Part shown: in pieces, positions 41,648 through 53,551 of the stretch
How the letters are laid out: each line of letters opens with the position of its first letter
Position numbering within the stretch: position 1 is the first letter of the stretch
NCBI GenBank assembly: GCA_963697895.1
Contig: OY969100.1
Span: 1,536,001-1,600,000 of the forward strand
Direction of reading: 5' to 3'
Length of the DNA: 64,000 bases
Origin: an uncultured Methanomicrobiales archaeon
GTDB lineage: Archaea > Halobacteriota > Methanomicrobia > Methanomicrobiales > Methanospirillaceae
Program-made: the position numbers and the translations under genes
Notes under the pieces: generated by a model
The model's database searches: none
What the model saw: only the letters and a program-made list of their open reading frames with translations
Told to the model about the DNA's origin: nothing

Positions 41648-42808
41648 TCAGAACCTATCAAGGGTCATTTGCCTCCCTTTCAGCATTTTTCGAAGAAGCG
41701 TGCTCTGTTCGATGAACCGACTGATGGGGAGTGTTAGTTTTTGAGAGCAATAGTTGAGTGCTGTTTTTATATCCTCAAACTCAACCGGAGGCTGGAGCAT
41801 CGCATTTCTGACATTTTCCCGAACATTGAACACCCCGAGTGGCACGTATCCGCTGGATGCCTCTCTGAGTATGATAGCGCCGGCCTGCTTTCGTTCCCGC
41901 GCCAGCCCCTCCAGAACTGCCATTTTACAGGAATAATAACAACCACCCACTGAAGAATACCCAATTTTACCCCGATGACCCTCATGATCTGCAAAAATCA
42001 GTTCCTCATTTCCCAGGATGCGCAGAAACGCCTCCATCCATTCGTATTGCCATCCCGTCGGCATGAGCATAACCGCGTAGTGGTTATTGAGACTACTGAA
42101 TTCCTGGACACGCCAGGTTTCTATCGGGTCATAGTTCCTCACCTCTGAAAGGAGCCGATCTCCAATCGTACTATCGCATGCGGTGATCGACCATCGCGTC
42201 GGCACAAGATGTCTTCCTCTTTTGGTTCCCATTGTCCCGACTGAAAATGCCTTTTGTATGCTGGAGAATGAAACGCCATCCCGGTGAAGGGCCATTATAG
42301 CATCCGACGCCTTCAGATCGCCATCATAATAGACCTTCTCAAGGTTATGATCCCAGGTCGTGGTACCGAGATCGAATCGTTTGATTGGGGCACTCGGACC
42401 ATGTGGCATATGTTCCTCAGAGATAGACATTCCGGTCGGTGTGCTGGTAAACGAGACCGTACTGTCGATCGATGTGGTGGAAAGAGCGATATCCTGGAGC
42501 TGCTCCACAAACCGGTTTTCCACATCCCCGACCCCGACCGGATGTTTCCCTCTCACCAGGTTCATCCGGTATCCGATGATCTCCTCCTGTGTTTTTTGTC
42601 CCGGTATCCAGGATTCAGGAGTATCCATGATCCGGGTATCCCCGGAAAGAGGAGCAATCATCGGACCTGCGTTCACTTTTGGATAGTTCCAGCTCCCGAT
42701 GAATACCGATGGGGGGGAACTCCCTGCCAGTTCCCTTCCCACCTCAACAGATCGCGAATGTGTTGCCGTTGTCAGTTTCCTGAGATATGCTCCTTTGCCA
42801 AAGGTCAC
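41648..42808 (-). CDS. nreA: Nre family DNA repair protein
   Basis: [33 protein letters not shown]; C-terminal PIP box QMTLDRF. Confidence 0.92.
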   Translation of the reverse strand: MTFGKGAYLRKLTTATHSRSVEVGRELAGSSPPSVFIGSWNYPKVNAGPMIAPLSGDTRIMDTPESWIPGQKTQEEIIGYRMNLVRGKHPVGVGDVENRFVEQLQDIALSTTSIDSTVSFTSTPTGMSISEEHMPHGPSAPIKRFDLGTTTWDHNLEKVYYDGDLKASDAIMALHRDGVSFSSIQKAFSVGTMGTKRGRHLVPTRWSITACDSTIGDRLLSEVRNYDPIETWRVQEFSSLNNHYAVMLMPTGWQYEWMEAFLRILGNEELIFADHEGHRGKIGYSSVGGCYYSCKMAVLEGLARERKQAGAIILREASSGYVPLGVFNVRENVRNAMLQPPVEFEDIKTALNYCSQKLTLPISRFIEQSTLLRKMLKGRQMTLDRF

Positions 42809-43265
42809 GATACCTATTGTTCGATCCCGGTTAAATATAGAAGTGCTTATTGCGGAGGGAAAGTGGGATCAATGCATAATCATTCCTCCGCCCGGAACCG
42901 AATCTCTCCGGATTACTAACAGGAACAGAATCTGATCGGATTCGACTGAAATATGCAACAGAGAACTGTGGCAGGGATTGAAAAAATCATCGATTGTTGT
43001 CAGAACTGAATTTTTTTTCCTGAACGACTTCGCCGTACTTTAAATTTTATTGAGTGTGCTTTGCAAAGAATCTTGGGTTCAGAGGTGTAATCAGCTGGCA
43101 AAGGATCGGAATATCCTATGGATTCAATATACCATATAGACACAGCGTTAATGCCGTTGGGATCAGAGGGGTTCATTATAATGGAGAACCGCTGGGATCT
43201 GAAATCCCGGATTCATCAGAGAATCATCCCGGGGTCATCCGGATGAATAAAATTCCGGGACAACT

Positions 43266-44072
43266 ATGAAGACTGATGGAAAATTGAAAGTTTTGGAACG
43301 ACGGATTGAGGAGATGGGTTCGTTACTCATTGCCTTTTCCGGCGGTGTGGATAGCGGATTTCTGGCAGCAGTGGCAAAGGATCTGCCCGGAAACAGAACT
43401 CACTGCGTGTTTTTAGACAGTCTTTTTTTTTCACGTTCTGCGGTGGATGAGGCGGAACGGATGGCCCAGGATCTCGGTCTCTCGTTTGAAATCAAATGGA
43501 TGCCGGTTATGAACGAACCTTGGGTGAAGACGAACCCGCGGGATCGATGCTATCACTGTAAGAAAAAAGCAGCACAGATTCTCCAGGCCCGCGCCAATGA
43601 ACTGGGCTTATCCGCTGTCGTCGACGGTATACACAAATCCGATATGGATGAACATCGCCCGGGTCTTTCCGCTAGCACGGAGGCAGGTGTCGTCCATCCC
43701 TTCATCGAAGCGGATATTACAAAAGAGGATATCAGAATCCTTGCCCAGGAACGGGGTTTATCATTCTGGAACAAACCTTCGGCTGCCTGTCTCTCATCAC
43801 GAATTCCCTATGGTGAAGAGATCACAAGAAATAAACTGCGGATGATCGAATGTGCGGAAGATCTACTCCGCGCTTCCGGATTTGCTCAGGTGCGGGCCAG
43901 ATATCATGGGGGAATCGCCCGAATCGAAGTAAATAAAGAGGATATACCCCGTCTTTTTGAGATGCGCGAGCAGATCGTCCTGCATTTAAAAGAAGCTGGA
44001 TTTTCCTACATCACGATAGATCTGGAGGGTTTCCGGAGCGGCAGTCTCGATGAAGTGCTGAAACATGCATAA
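43266..44072 (+). CDS. larE: LarE-like ATP-dependent sulfur transferase
   Basis: AFSGGVDS PP-loop, RCYHCK, RPG, ACLSSRIPYG, GFRSGS. Confidence 0.9.
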   Translation: MKTDGKLKVLERRIEEMGSLLIAFSGGVDSGFLAAVAKDLPGNRTHCVFLDSLFFSRSAVDEAERMAQDLGLSFEIKWMPVMNEPWVKTNPRDRCYHCKKKAAQILQARANELGLSAVVDGIHKSDMDEHRPGLSASTEAGVVHPFIEADITKEDIRILAQERGLSFWNKPSAACLSSRIPYGEEITRNKLRMIECAEDLLRASGFAQVRARYHGGIARIEVNKEDIPRLFEMREQIVLHLKEAGFSYITIDLEGFRSGSLDEVLKHA

Positions 44073-44093
44073 CCGGAAATCCTCGGTTTCCTC

Positions 44094-45026
44094 TTATTGA
44101 TTCCCCGTAGACATAATTTTGCAGACCTTGCAGATCTCCCCGCTGCAAAAATCCCCACATATCGCACAAATCCGTAACTTGCCCTCTCGTTTGATTGCGA
44201 TGGAACGAGCCCTGATCTCATCTCTCACCCTTATGAGGTGATTCTTTACTCCGGGTTGATGATGTTCCAGATCATCAAGAATCGATCGCACTTCAGATCT
44301 CAATGCAAATCGGGTATAAGGGCATTCGGGAAGCGAAGGGAAGAACTCTCGAACAAGCAGATAAATGGCGATCTCCTTCTCCGGGAGCGATGACAGAGGT
44401 TTAATCCGCGGGATGAAATAGTCCTGATCGCCCGAGGATGTGTCCTGGATAAGGCGCGGAAGATCCCCGCGGAGAACATTCATGAGTACTGACTGTGCCT
44501 CGTCGTCGAGGTTATGTCCGGTTGCAAGTTTCGTCGCACCCGCCAGTCCGGCAGCGTGAGAAAGAGCCCTCCTGCGCAGTACTCCGCAAACGGTACAGGA
44601 TTGATTCTCCCGACCCACCAGCATCGCGTCTAAATCTTTCCCGAACATATCTGAAAAAGAAATAATCCGATGCTTAAGACCGAGGAATTTTGTCAGTTGT
44701 TCAGCCGCATGAATCGTATCATCCCGATAACCCGCGATGCCTTCATCAATCGATATGGCGGTGAGGCTGACATCCTGCCAAGTTGAAAGAATCCCATGAA
44801 GCAGCAGGATCAGTGCGGTGCTGTCCTTTCCGCCGCTCAGTCCAACCGCGATCCGATCACCTGCCGAGATCATCCGGTGCTGATTCACGTTCTGGAGAAC
44901 ACGTTCTTCTACATACGAGCAGAAATGATCGGCGCAAAAGGGTGTTTTCGGGTGCCCGGTACGGATAACCGCAGGCTCGTCGCAGAAAACGCAGCTCTCA
45001 ATTTCCGGGAGATGCGTCCCTGACAT
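44094..45026 (-). CDS. TtuA/Ncs6 (TIGR00269) tRNA 2-thiolation protein
   Basis: SGGKDS, DEGIAGYR, CTVCGVLRR, TGHNLDD, CPY; terminal zinc fingers. Confidence 0.9.
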   Translation of the reverse strand: MSGTHLPEIESCVFCDEPAVIRTGHPKTPFCADHFCSYVEERVLQNVNQHRMISAGDRIAVGLSGGKDSTALILLLHGILSTWQDVSLTAISIDEGIAGYRDDTIHAAEQLTKFLGLKHRIISFSDMFGKDLDAMLVGRENQSCTVCGVLRRRALSHAAGLAGATKLATGHNLDDEAQSVLMNVLRGDLPRLIQDTSSGDQDYFIPRIKPLSSLPEKEIAIYLLVREFFPSLPECPYTRFALRSEVRSILDDLEHHQPGVKNHLIRVRDEIRARSIAIKREGKLRICAICGDFCSGEICKVCKIMSTGNQ

Positions 45027-45027
45027 G

Positions 45028-45222
45028 TTATCCTCCATGGGAAACCTGTATAATCCGTATATCGTCGTTATCACCGGCAATAATGTCTTCCGGAACGATC
45101 CTCCCGTTCTTAATCACAATTACCCCGGCAGGGCTAATTCCCATCTGCAAAAGGATCTGCTCGATCGGGGCAGGGCTCATCTTAAGAATTCGTACAGTTC
45201 GATCCGGGAGGGTTATACGCAT
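45028..45222 (-). CDS. ThiS/MoaD/SAMP ubiquitin-like sulfur carrier
   Basis: 64 aa ending VSHGG, immediately upstream of ttuA. Confidence 0.88.
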   Translation of the reverse strand: MRITLPDRTVRILKMSPAPIEQILLQMGISPAGVIVIKNGRIVPEDIIAGDNDDIRIIQVSHGG

Positions 45223-45471
45223 CAGATTTCTCAGGTTGGGCTCCTCAGCTCTTAAATATCCCGTTGACTTCTCGTGGCGCTGTTCCGATAGTATTAAACA
45301 ATTTTCGTCCCGAAGATGAGAGGGATATTCCATTGAAAGCTTAACCGGCGTGAAACGGATCCGCGGATTAATCGAAAATATTAGATGCGTATGAGTTTAC
45401 AGGGAACCTGGATTGTGATATCGATTCCTGGCATTCAGCGAGGAAATAAACCAACTGTCCCCATCAGAGAA

Positions 45472-46383
45472 TTATGGAATGCGAAGCATCCGCTCAATCG
45501 CCCGTCTCGCGGAGGTTGCGATCTCAGGAGGCACCTCAATCTGTGGTTCCATCCTTTCAAGCGCAGTATACACCTTGCAGAGATCGGTCTTTTTCATATT
45601 GACACAGACGGCTCGGGGAGATAACGGGTAATACCTTTTTCCCAGGCATTCTTTTTCCAATCGCGAGAGAATACCGACCTCGGTACCAATGATAAACTCC
45701 TTCGTCTGACTTTCACATGCATAACGGACCATGCCTGATGTTGAAAATACCTGATCTGCAGAATCGATCACTTCAGGACGGCATTCGGGATGCGCCAGGA
45801 CTTCCGCATCCGGATGGAGTCCCCTCTGACGATCCACGTCCTCCTTCGTAAACTGATCGTGCACGATACAATATCCCTCCCAGGGAAGAATCTCTTTTTG
45901 TGTAAACCTGGCCACATACTTTGCGAGATTTTTATCGGGAACAAATAACACGACGGGTTCTGAAAGAGATTCAACAACTCTCACAGCATTTGCTGATGTG
46001 CAGCAGATATCGCTCGATGCCTTTACCTCTGCCGTCGTATTTACATACGCCACGACCGCCGCATCGGGAAAACGGGTTCGGAAGATCTGGATCTCTGCAG
46101 CAGTCACCATCTCAGCCATCGGACAACATGCCTCCCGTGCAGGGAGGAGGACCGGTTTATCTGGGGACAGAATTGCCGCCGTCTCCGCCATAAAGTCGAC
46201 CCCGCAGAAGACGATAGTCGAGCATTCCATCTCTGCAGCCGCCCGTGCTAGTTCAAGGGAATCTCCCACGAGATCAGCTATTTCCTGCACCTCGGCGATC
46301 TGATAGTTATGCGCGAGAATAATCGCATCCCTCTCTTCCTTGAGCGCAAGGATCTGCTCCCTGATTGCATTATGATCCACCAT
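45472..46383 (-). CDS. nadA: Quinolinate synthase
   Basis: AHNYQ, GDSLEL, CGVDFMAE, YVNT, HPEC. Confidence 0.97.
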   Translation of the reverse strand: MVDHNAIREQILALKEERDAIILAHNYQIAEVQEIADLVGDSLELARAAAEMECSTIVFCGVDFMAETAAILSPDKPVLLPAREACCPMAEMVTAAEIQIFRTRFPDAAVVAYVNTTAEVKASSDICCTSANAVRVVESLSEPVVLFVPDKNLAKYVARFTQKEILPWEGYCIVHDQFTKEDVDRQRGLHPDAEVLAHPECRPEVIDSADQVFSTSGMVRYACESQTKEFIIGTEVGILSRLEKECLGKRYYPLSPRAVCVNMKKTDLCKVYTALERMEPQIEVPPEIATSARRAIERMLRIP

Positions 46384-46609
46384 TATTCCTTCTCACAATG
46401 TTTGTGCGTTAACCGGGTTATGCTCGATCTCCAGCGAATTGATCCCAGCTTCCTGACAAGATTGTTCATTCGAACGGTTAATGGTTACAGACAAACGCAA
46501 TGATGAATAAATATGTTGGAAACATCTCCGGCACAGTTGTACGAATGCCCCTGCACGGTCGCATCGGAATTCCCTCTTACTTTCTTCATCACACTTTTTT
46601 CCCGAAGAT

Positions 46610-48060
46610 TCAGTCGTTCTTGCCATTTGGAGAGGATAACAGTTTCCGGGAAGGAGATTTCCGGGGGTGTAGTTTACGGGATTTTTGCATCCTTATGTCG
46701 CCTTCAAGGGTGATCTCGTGTTCCCGGCAGATCTCACGCATCTTTGGGGGAGCTCTTTCCAGCGCCAGAGACCCCATCTTGCAAACTCTTTGGGAAGTCG
46801 GCGGCCCTGAGTCCACCGGTTGAGAAACCCGTTCCAACGCTCCGCGTATTCGGGATGGAGCACCTTCATAAGCTCGTATTCACTCTCGAGCATTGCCGGG
46901 CAGAGATAGCATCCGATCCGCTCGAGACCCTGGTCGTACAGAGGATTATACGGGATCCCTGACCACCAGAGATATAAAAAGACCTCAAGAGCACGCCAGT
47001 TCCGTATCGGTGATATGTTTAACTGAAGCGGATTTGCAGGATTCTGGCTTGTGATATCGAGATCCGCCCGGTTCCAGGACTCATACCACCGATTTCCCTG
47101 GATTGTCACACACGGGCCGATGTCGGCCAGATGCAGTTTCAGGGGTTTGAGTTTCAACAGTTTGCAGCACCAACGGTGATCTTTTGCCGGGGGGCCCGCC
47201 TTTTCGACCGCATTCCAGAAATCTTCTTTCCCTCTGACAATCTCCACACCCTGAGACTCGACAAAGGATACAGTCTCTGGAAATTCTATCCCGGAATCAA
47301 TGAAGAATGCATCTAATATCCCCGCCTTACGCGCAAGTGTGAGAACTGCGGTGCTGTCCTTCCCTCCGGAGAACGATACATTTACCCGTGGACGATCTCC
47401 CGCATGCTGCTTAATCGCACGAATAGCATTCCTTTCAAGGTTTTTAATATGATAGCGGTTCCGATTCACCGCAACCGTCCAACCGGGGTTTTTTATGGTT
47501 CGCGGCGTGACCGGGTTGATCTCCTTTACCCTGAGATATCCTTCCCTCAGAACTCCTGTCCCGAACCCCTTCCGGTATTGCACTACAATGGTTCCATCCG
47601 GTTCACCGGTTTCAACCCTAAATCGTTTCCCGCCAATCCGGCCATCCAGCCGGTGGCGTTCGGTTGACAAAATGGCAGACTCCAGGTCAATAATTCCACG
47701 GGTTATCTGATGCAGGATGGAAGGCAGCGCCTCTGGAGCAACGTCAAATCTGAACTGCCGGACGATGGGATCGAAGGATAACCATCCAAATCGTTCACCA
47801 TGCACGATCACCAGCTCATTCCGGTCGATTCCCCCCGCCTTGTTCAGAAGTACGATCTCGGGGATATCAACTTCGCCAAAACGCTTTCCGATTAATTCAC
47901 GGAGGAGTTCCCGGTCGGCTGCGAGCGCCGGACGTACATCAAACGGAGAAAGGAGAGGGACCCCTCTCCCTTCTGCACCGCAACTGCACCATCTCCCTAT
48001 CAGGGGAATATCGCAGGTATCGCACCAGTACAGAACTTTCTTCACCGGCGGTTCTCGCAT
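46610..48060 (-). CDS. PAPS reductase family protein, frameshift near 46748
   Basis: N-terminal WCDTC, SFSGGKDS, RWCCK, RIGCYLCP; adding one base in the G5 run gives ELPPKMREIC... Confidence 0.85.
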
Positions 48061-48200
48061 CTACAGACACGTGCCACCGGAGCAGTGATAATATCGATGT
48101 TTGTATCAAAACGGAGGGGCGGAAAGAACGCGATCAGGAAGAGAAACGCCAAGGTGATTTTCTGGCTCCTATTTAACTATCGTTCTGCAAAATAGCAAGG

Positions 48201-48662
48201 TTAATCTTTAATAGTTTCAGCTGCTCCTCTTGCGATCTTCCCCAGGGTTGGGCCGGCAGTAGTTATGCCCGAGGCTATAGAATATTCCATTGCAGGGTAA
48301 ATTGTACCTCTATTCTGAACATAATCGGGCGCTTTTTCATCTAATTTTTGAACCGGGAGGGTTTCCGGTATCGGACACTCTATGATGTTAGATGCGGTCA
48401 CCGTATAATTTAATGACTCTATATAGGGTTTGAGATGAATGATCGTAATCAGGGGTTCATTTTTTTTAAAGGGCGATCTTGAGAGCAGCTGTGACCTGAA
48501 TGACGGTTTGACCCTACTGATTTCGAGAAAATCATCGGTGAACTTTTCAAATAACGGGGTTATTACGGGCAATTCCACCTTTTCATCACTATTTGTATAA
48601 AGGGAGACCAAATCGTCAGATGCCTCGATCCGGGACATTCTGGATTGAGGAGCGATTCTCAT
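48201..48662 (-). CDS. Hypothetical protein
   Basis: Long open frame (extends to 48818); ATG 48662 with GGGG upstream; no motif recognised. Confidence 0.5.
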   Translation of the reverse strand: MRIAPQSRMSRIEASDDLVSLYTNSDEKVELPVITPLFEKFTDDFLEISRVKPSFRSQLLSRSPFKKNEPLITIIHLKPYIESLNYTVTASNIIECPIPETLPVQKLDEKAPDYVQNRGTIYPAMEYSIASGITTAGPTLGKIARGAAETIKD

Positions 48663-49091
48663 ATCTGATCCCCGGTGAAAGAAGAATTGCCCATCTAAAT
48701 GGAGGAAGTTAATTATATTTGGATCAGGGATCATCCGGGAAATTAACAGAAACGCTGAAAAATGATTTCTCTCCACATCCTGAACCTTCGAACGTTTTTC
48801 CAGCTTTCCGTATATCATTAGTACTCTTCTTCCCTCTCCGCAATAATATGTTTTTTTATACGGTGCTTCGAAGGATTAATCTTCCATCAGGAGAGCCCGG
48901 GTATCGCAAAAAAAGTGCATTTCCCACCGTAGCAAGATGTTTCATCCGTTGATATGTACTCAGTTATTTACTCATCTTCCTGACCGCCTTTTAGTATGCA
49001 CATCGACGTTTTTGAAAAGAGAATTTTCTACTTCCGGTCAATTCCTCCAATTAAATGGTGATTTTTTTTCTTTTAATTATTCCATTCGGGC

Positions 49092-50024
49092 TTATTGTTC
49101 CTTCTCCTGCTCAGCGACATGTTTATCCTTCCGTTTTATCGGTGCATTCTCCTCGGATAGCATCTTCGCGAGGGAAACCGTACCCGTGATATCCCCGAGC
49201 GTCATCGTTTCAAGGACGGTTGAGGGAACGATGACAAGGGTCGCCTTTTCTTTCAATCCTTCATAGAGCATGTTCATCGCACGAAGGTGCAGAGCGACGG
49301 GGTTATGCTGATACGTCTTTGCCGCCTCTTCGAATTTTTCTGCAACCTGACGCTCTGAATCGCCGAGGATCACACGTGCCTGCCGTTCCCGCTCGGCCTG
49401 CGCCTGCATCGACATCGCGTTTTGTAATTCTACCGGGATCAGGATATCACGGATTTCAACGGAGCTGATGTGGATCCCCCATTCGATTGTTCGCTGGTCG
49501 ATGATCTTCTGGAGCTCGATATCGAGTTTTTCACGCCCTTCCAGCATATCAGCGAGGAGGGATTTCCCGATTACCTCACGAAGGGCCGTCTGTGATGCAA
49601 GACTGATGGCGGACTGGTAATCCATGACTTCCAGTGCTGATTTCTGGGGGTCGGTCACCTTCCAGAAAAGAATTGCCTCTACATCCACCGGGACGGTATC
49701 CTTGGTCAGCGTCTTTTCGGCCTTGAATGTGGTAGTGATGATTCGGATATCTATCCAGTATGCGACCTTTTCAACAATGGGTATGATGCGAAACAGACCA
49801 GGTCCCCGCAATCCGGTGAACTTTCCGAGCCGCAGAATCACCGCCTTCTCCCACTGATCTGCAATTTTTACCGAAGCGGCTATGAATATGGCGATAATAA
49901 CCCATATTACACCGATAATGATGTAGATCCATTGGAAATAGACGAATCCCACGTAGAAGAGCCATATCGCAGGGATGAGCAGGACTGCAAAGATGAGATA
50001 AGAGAGGGTCTGATGTTGTGCCAT
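49092..50024 (-). CDS. SPFH/slipin (stomatin-like) membrane protein
   Basis: RLGK...GPGL, TKDTVPV, QTALREVIG, QAQAERERQAR. Confidence 0.93.
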   Translation of the reverse strand: MAQHQTLSYLIFAVLLIPAIWLFYVGFVYFQWIYIIIGVIWVIIAIFIAASVKIADQWEKAVILRLGKFTGLRGPGLFRIIPIVEKVAYWIDIRIITTTFKAEKTLTKDTVPVDVEAILFWKVTDPQKSALEVMDYQSAISLASQTALREVIGKSLLADMLEGREKLDIELQKIIDQRTIEWGIHISSVEIRDILIPVELQNAMSMQAQAERERQARVILGDSERQVAEKFEEAAKTYQHNPVALHLRAMNMLYEGLKEKATLVIVPSTVLETMTLGDITGTVSLAKMLSEENAPIKRKDKHVAEQEKEQ

Positions 50025-50265
50025 AGAGTCCCTCTTCGCGTTTTTTATGATATAGGTTTGGGTTATTCCTGTCACCCCGGATCTGTAAATTCAGAGTATT
50101 ATACCGATTTGATCCATCTGTTCCCTCTCACGTGGTCAAAAATTCTGATTCCCGACTCCTAAACCGACCTGCAACGGTAAGCGTTAATCTGTTTCTCTTC
50201 ACATTTTTCGTTCGTACTTCACCGGGCCTCTCGTGATGTTGATTACCCTTGTATCATGATGCCCT

Positions 50266-53121
50266 TCAGGGGGAGATCCTTCCAATCTTTCCATGAACTT
50301 TTTCATACGCCCGAACCGCAACAGGGGACCCGAGGAGTAACCGCCTGATCGTATTGTAGACAACCGGGGTCCGGGAGGAGTCCAGTTCATTCAGGATACT
50401 GACGAGAATATGAACGACCGGCTCATGGTAGATTTCTTCCATAAGATCGATCGCCCCGAATGCGTGAAGTGCCTGTACCGTATTGTACTCATTTACGGGT
50501 GCCAGTTTTCGTAGCGTTTCAAGCAGGAATTGTCGACCTTCCGGTGATTGCAGCGATTTCTTCCGATTGAGGGCGAACCGCACAAAGAGGGCCCGTTGAT
50601 CATTCGCCTGCTCGATTCGGAACCCAACCGACCGTTCCGCCTGCCTCACGATATCAATGGCGTCTGATCCACCGGCTCGGGCACAGGCAGAGAGGAATAT
50701 CTCCCACCGTACTGGATTATTTTTTGCATCTTCTTCGAACCGTTCGAACACTTTCATTTTGTCTGGAGCACGGGTGTCAAGGTATAAGCTGAACGCTACA
50801 GCACGATCCGTTGCATTTCCTGATTTTTCAATCTGTGAACGGATAAGGGTATGAACATCGGGAGTGTCGAGTCTGGAGAGAAGCCCGATACAGAGATTTT
50901 TTGTCTGTCGGGCCTTGATGGCACCGATTCTGTCTCCTTTCTGCTCAGCGCGGTCTGTCATTGTTCTGTATAATTCGTGGAGTCGGCGTATATCATTTTC
51001 ATATTTCACCACAACAGCATGGAGAAATCGTTCCCTGGCAACAAATAAGGCTTGATACCGATGGGCGTACCGCTGATCCTGGACCGAATCAAACACAGTA
51101 AGGAACTGCCCGCCTGCCCTGGCCATCAGTGTTCCGTCAGAGAGGAGCCCGAAGTACAGATCAATGGTCTCATCCGAGGGTTGCGCCTTCGGATTCAAAA
51201 GCAGGCGCATCTTTTCATGGTCCATAATGGTGAAAAATGCGATAAATCGGGCGATTATATTTTTATCCCTCCCGGCCTGCAGAAATAATGACCTGTCATC
51301 TGCATCCGTTACAACAAGGCCATAAAAGGTGTATCCACGATTGAGGGAAATAAAAGCCGGTTTTTTGGGAGATTCGATGAGAATCGTTTCTTTCGTGTTT
51401 TTGATGGTTGCGATCTGCTCAAAGGTATCTTCTCCCGACTCGTCTACCAGTGCAATTTCGATCGGGAATGTCCAGGGCTTTCCTGCTCCAAAACCCGACT
51501 GGTTAAGCGTGAGAGTAAGGGTTCCTGCCTGTTCGTCAAAAGAAGAATTTACCTGAAGTGTCGGAAATCCCGTCTGCTTAAGCCACGTCTGAGCCATATC
51601 CCCAAATGCCTGCCCAGATACTTCTTCCATGGCCTGTATCCATTCCGCACGGGAGGCGTTGCGATGCCGGTACTTCTGATAATAGAGAGCCAGCCCTCTC
51701 ATAAATTGCGGTTGTCCCATGAGGATAGCAATCATCCGGACGAACTCGGGGCCCTTGACATAGGTGATATCGGTGATTAGATCATTTGGGTCGTCAAATC
51801 CATCCGGCTCGACGGGCATGGATGCTGCTCCGGAATCGAGTGATAAAGTGCCTTCAGGCGCGAGGATTGACAAAACAGTCTGCAGGCGGGTATACTCCTC
51901 ACCAAAAAGAAACCCGTGGTACATCTTTTCGATATACACCGTTACCGCTTCATTCAGCCAGAGTTCGAACGGCGATCTCCCTGTCACCTCGGAGCCATTC
52001 AAATTGTGATAGAATTCATGGACTTTTACGGTAATCATATATTCATAGGCTGAATCGGTCATATCGGGGAATGGAATTATCCGGTTGGTGGAGATGGTCG
52101 TATTTCCGACATTCTCCATACCTCCAAAGTTTGAGTTCTGCATACCGATCTCCCGATATACCGATCCTGTGTATTGATATCCGGGTACAACCGTCTTCGA
52201 GAGTTGGCGTAACTGTTCCCGGATTTTTTCCATGGCTTCGGGACTTCCCCCACCCGCCCTTAAGCGATCCCGTTCCCGAGTGAGATTCAGGATCTCATAA
52301 CGGATCGGCACCTGCTCGTATGCATCACCTCCGGTAAAGAGGTGAACCCACATAACGGCATCGTAGAGGATATCCAGCGCTTCTGCGGCGATCCGGGAAT
52401 CGGTGCCGGGCGGAACCAGGAGCTCGAGAGTGACGGGGGATCCGTCCGGGTATTCGAATGCCCGCTCAAAGGTCGCGTATGTACCGCAGCCGAGGAAGAA
52501 CAGATACGGTGCCATGGGGGTAACCGAATTATCATACTTGATGCGAACCTTTCCATTCCCGGACGATAATACCGGCTCCACCACGTCCCCATTACTGATC
52601 AGGTTTGTGTAGCGCCCGTCCGCGATCATAGTGGTGGAATATGTGCATTTTGCGGTCATATCATCGATACAGGGGACGATCCGCTGGAATCCCCACTGCT
52701 GGCACTGGGTAATCTGCTGGGGAGGTGCTCCCGGCGGCGTCTCGTCATAATAGAGACCTTCCAGTATATTCCGTGTCGGCCTGCAAACGGAGTCGGTGAT
52801 AAGAGTAAACCGCGTCTTCGGAGGGACAGGATTCTCGAAACTGATGGTAAGAAGGCTCTTTCCAGCGTCATATGCATATTGAACGCTCTGCTCTTTACAG
52901 TTCACTGATGTGATCTCCAGGTCTTTGGCGTTGAGAATGACTTCATTGAGGGGGTCTTCGCGGGATTCGGCAATAAAGTCTGAATGAACCCGTGTGTGAT
53001 CATCGTAGACATCAAATGTCAGGTCCATATGAAGAACCGTTATAGGGAGTTTTCCGAAGTCCTCTGGGTAGTAGCGGAATAGGCGTTGCATGGCAATAAC
53101 CTGCTTCACGGATACAACCAT
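50266..53121 (-). CDS. pepN: M1 family aminopeptidase N
   Basis: GGMEN, HEFYH...WLNE zinc motif, YVKG. Confidence 0.93.
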   Translation of the reverse strand: MVVSVKQVIAMQRLFRYYPEDFGKLPITVLHMDLTFDVYDDHTRVHSDFIAESREDPLNEVILNAKDLEITSVNCKEQSVQYAYDAGKSLLTISFENPVPPKTRFTLITDSVCRPTRNILEGLYYDETPPGAPPQQITQCQQWGFQRIVPCIDDMTAKCTYSTTMIADGRYTNLISNGDVVEPVLSSGNGKVRIKYDNSVTPMAPYLFFLGCGTYATFERAFEYPDGSPVTLELLVPPGTDSRIAAEALDILYDAVMWVHLFTGGDAYEQVPIRYEILNLTRERDRLRAGGGSPEAMEKIREQLRQLSKTVVPGYQYTGSVYREIGMQNSNFGGMENVGNTTISTNRIIPFPDMTDSAYEYMITVKVHEFYHNLNGSEVTGRSPFELWLNEAVTVYIEKMYHGFLFGEEYTRLQTVLSILAPEGTLSLDSGAASMPVEPDGFDDPNDLITDITYVKGPEFVRMIAILMGQPQFMRGLALYYQKYRHRNASRAEWIQAMEEVSGQAFGDMAQTWLKQTGFPTLQVNSSFDEQAGTLTLTLNQSGFGAGKPWTFPIEIALVDESGEDTFEQIATIKNTKETILIESPKKPAFISLNRGYTFYGLVVTDADDRSLFLQAGRDKNIIARFIAFFTIMDHEKMRLLLNPKAQPSDETIDLYFGLLSDGTLMARAGGQFLTVFDSVQDQRYAHRYQALFVARERFLHAVVVKYENDIRRLHELYRTMTDRAEQKGDRIGAIKARQTKNLCIGLLSRLDTPDVHTLIRSQIEKSGNATDRAVAFSLYLDTRAPDKMKVFERFEEDAKNNPVRWEIFLSACARAGGSDAIDIVRQAERSVGFRIEQANDQRALFVRFALNRKKSLQSPEGRQFLLETLRKLAPVNEYNTVQALHAFGAIDLMEEIYHEPVVHILVSILNELDSSRTPVVYNTIRRLLLGSPVAVRAYEKVHGKIGRISP

Positions 53122-53374
53122 AAAAGGTTATAAGTATTTCCCCGAATTGCAGAATCTGATCTTTCTGTTTTCCCGAATAACATCGGCCGGTGAGAAAGCA
53201 GGGGATAGGAGAAAAAGATTTAAAAAATTCTTTGAACTAACTAGCAGAACATATCAAACATTTTTATTGCATACGTTTCATTACGAGGTCTTTAAATTCC
53301 ATATAGGGCGACCTCGATTCCTTCTGATTTTACGTTCTGAAACAATAATTTCATAATTATTCTCTATGACCGCA

Positions 53375-53551
53375 TTATACCATATCATCGAAGAGCGGTG
53401 AAGAATTCCCGGCGATATGTGCTTTCCGTGCTTCATATATCCACCATTTCATGATCTGGAAATGCCCTTCGCAGAGGAAATTTTTTCCCTCTGGATCTTC
53501 CCATACGATAGGTTCAGTGCAACCGCGGAAAATGCAGGTACCACTTTTCAT
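53375..53551 (-). CDS. Small putative zinc-binding protein
   Basis: CIFRGC...CEGH motif. Confidence 0.5.
   Translation of the reverse strand: MKSGTCIFRGCTEPIVWEDPEGKNFLCEGHFQIMKWWIYEARKAHIAGNSSPLFDDMV

Noticed and set aside
42852-42891. GC-rich inverted repeat upstream of nreA
   Set aside because: Only 7 bp perfect (9 with one mismatch); lies upstream of the likely TATA box; no second copy noticed
46740-46755. Programmed frameshift or phase variation at the G5 run
   Set aside because: Run too short, no slippery heptamer or downstream structure evident; a homopolymer error is simpler
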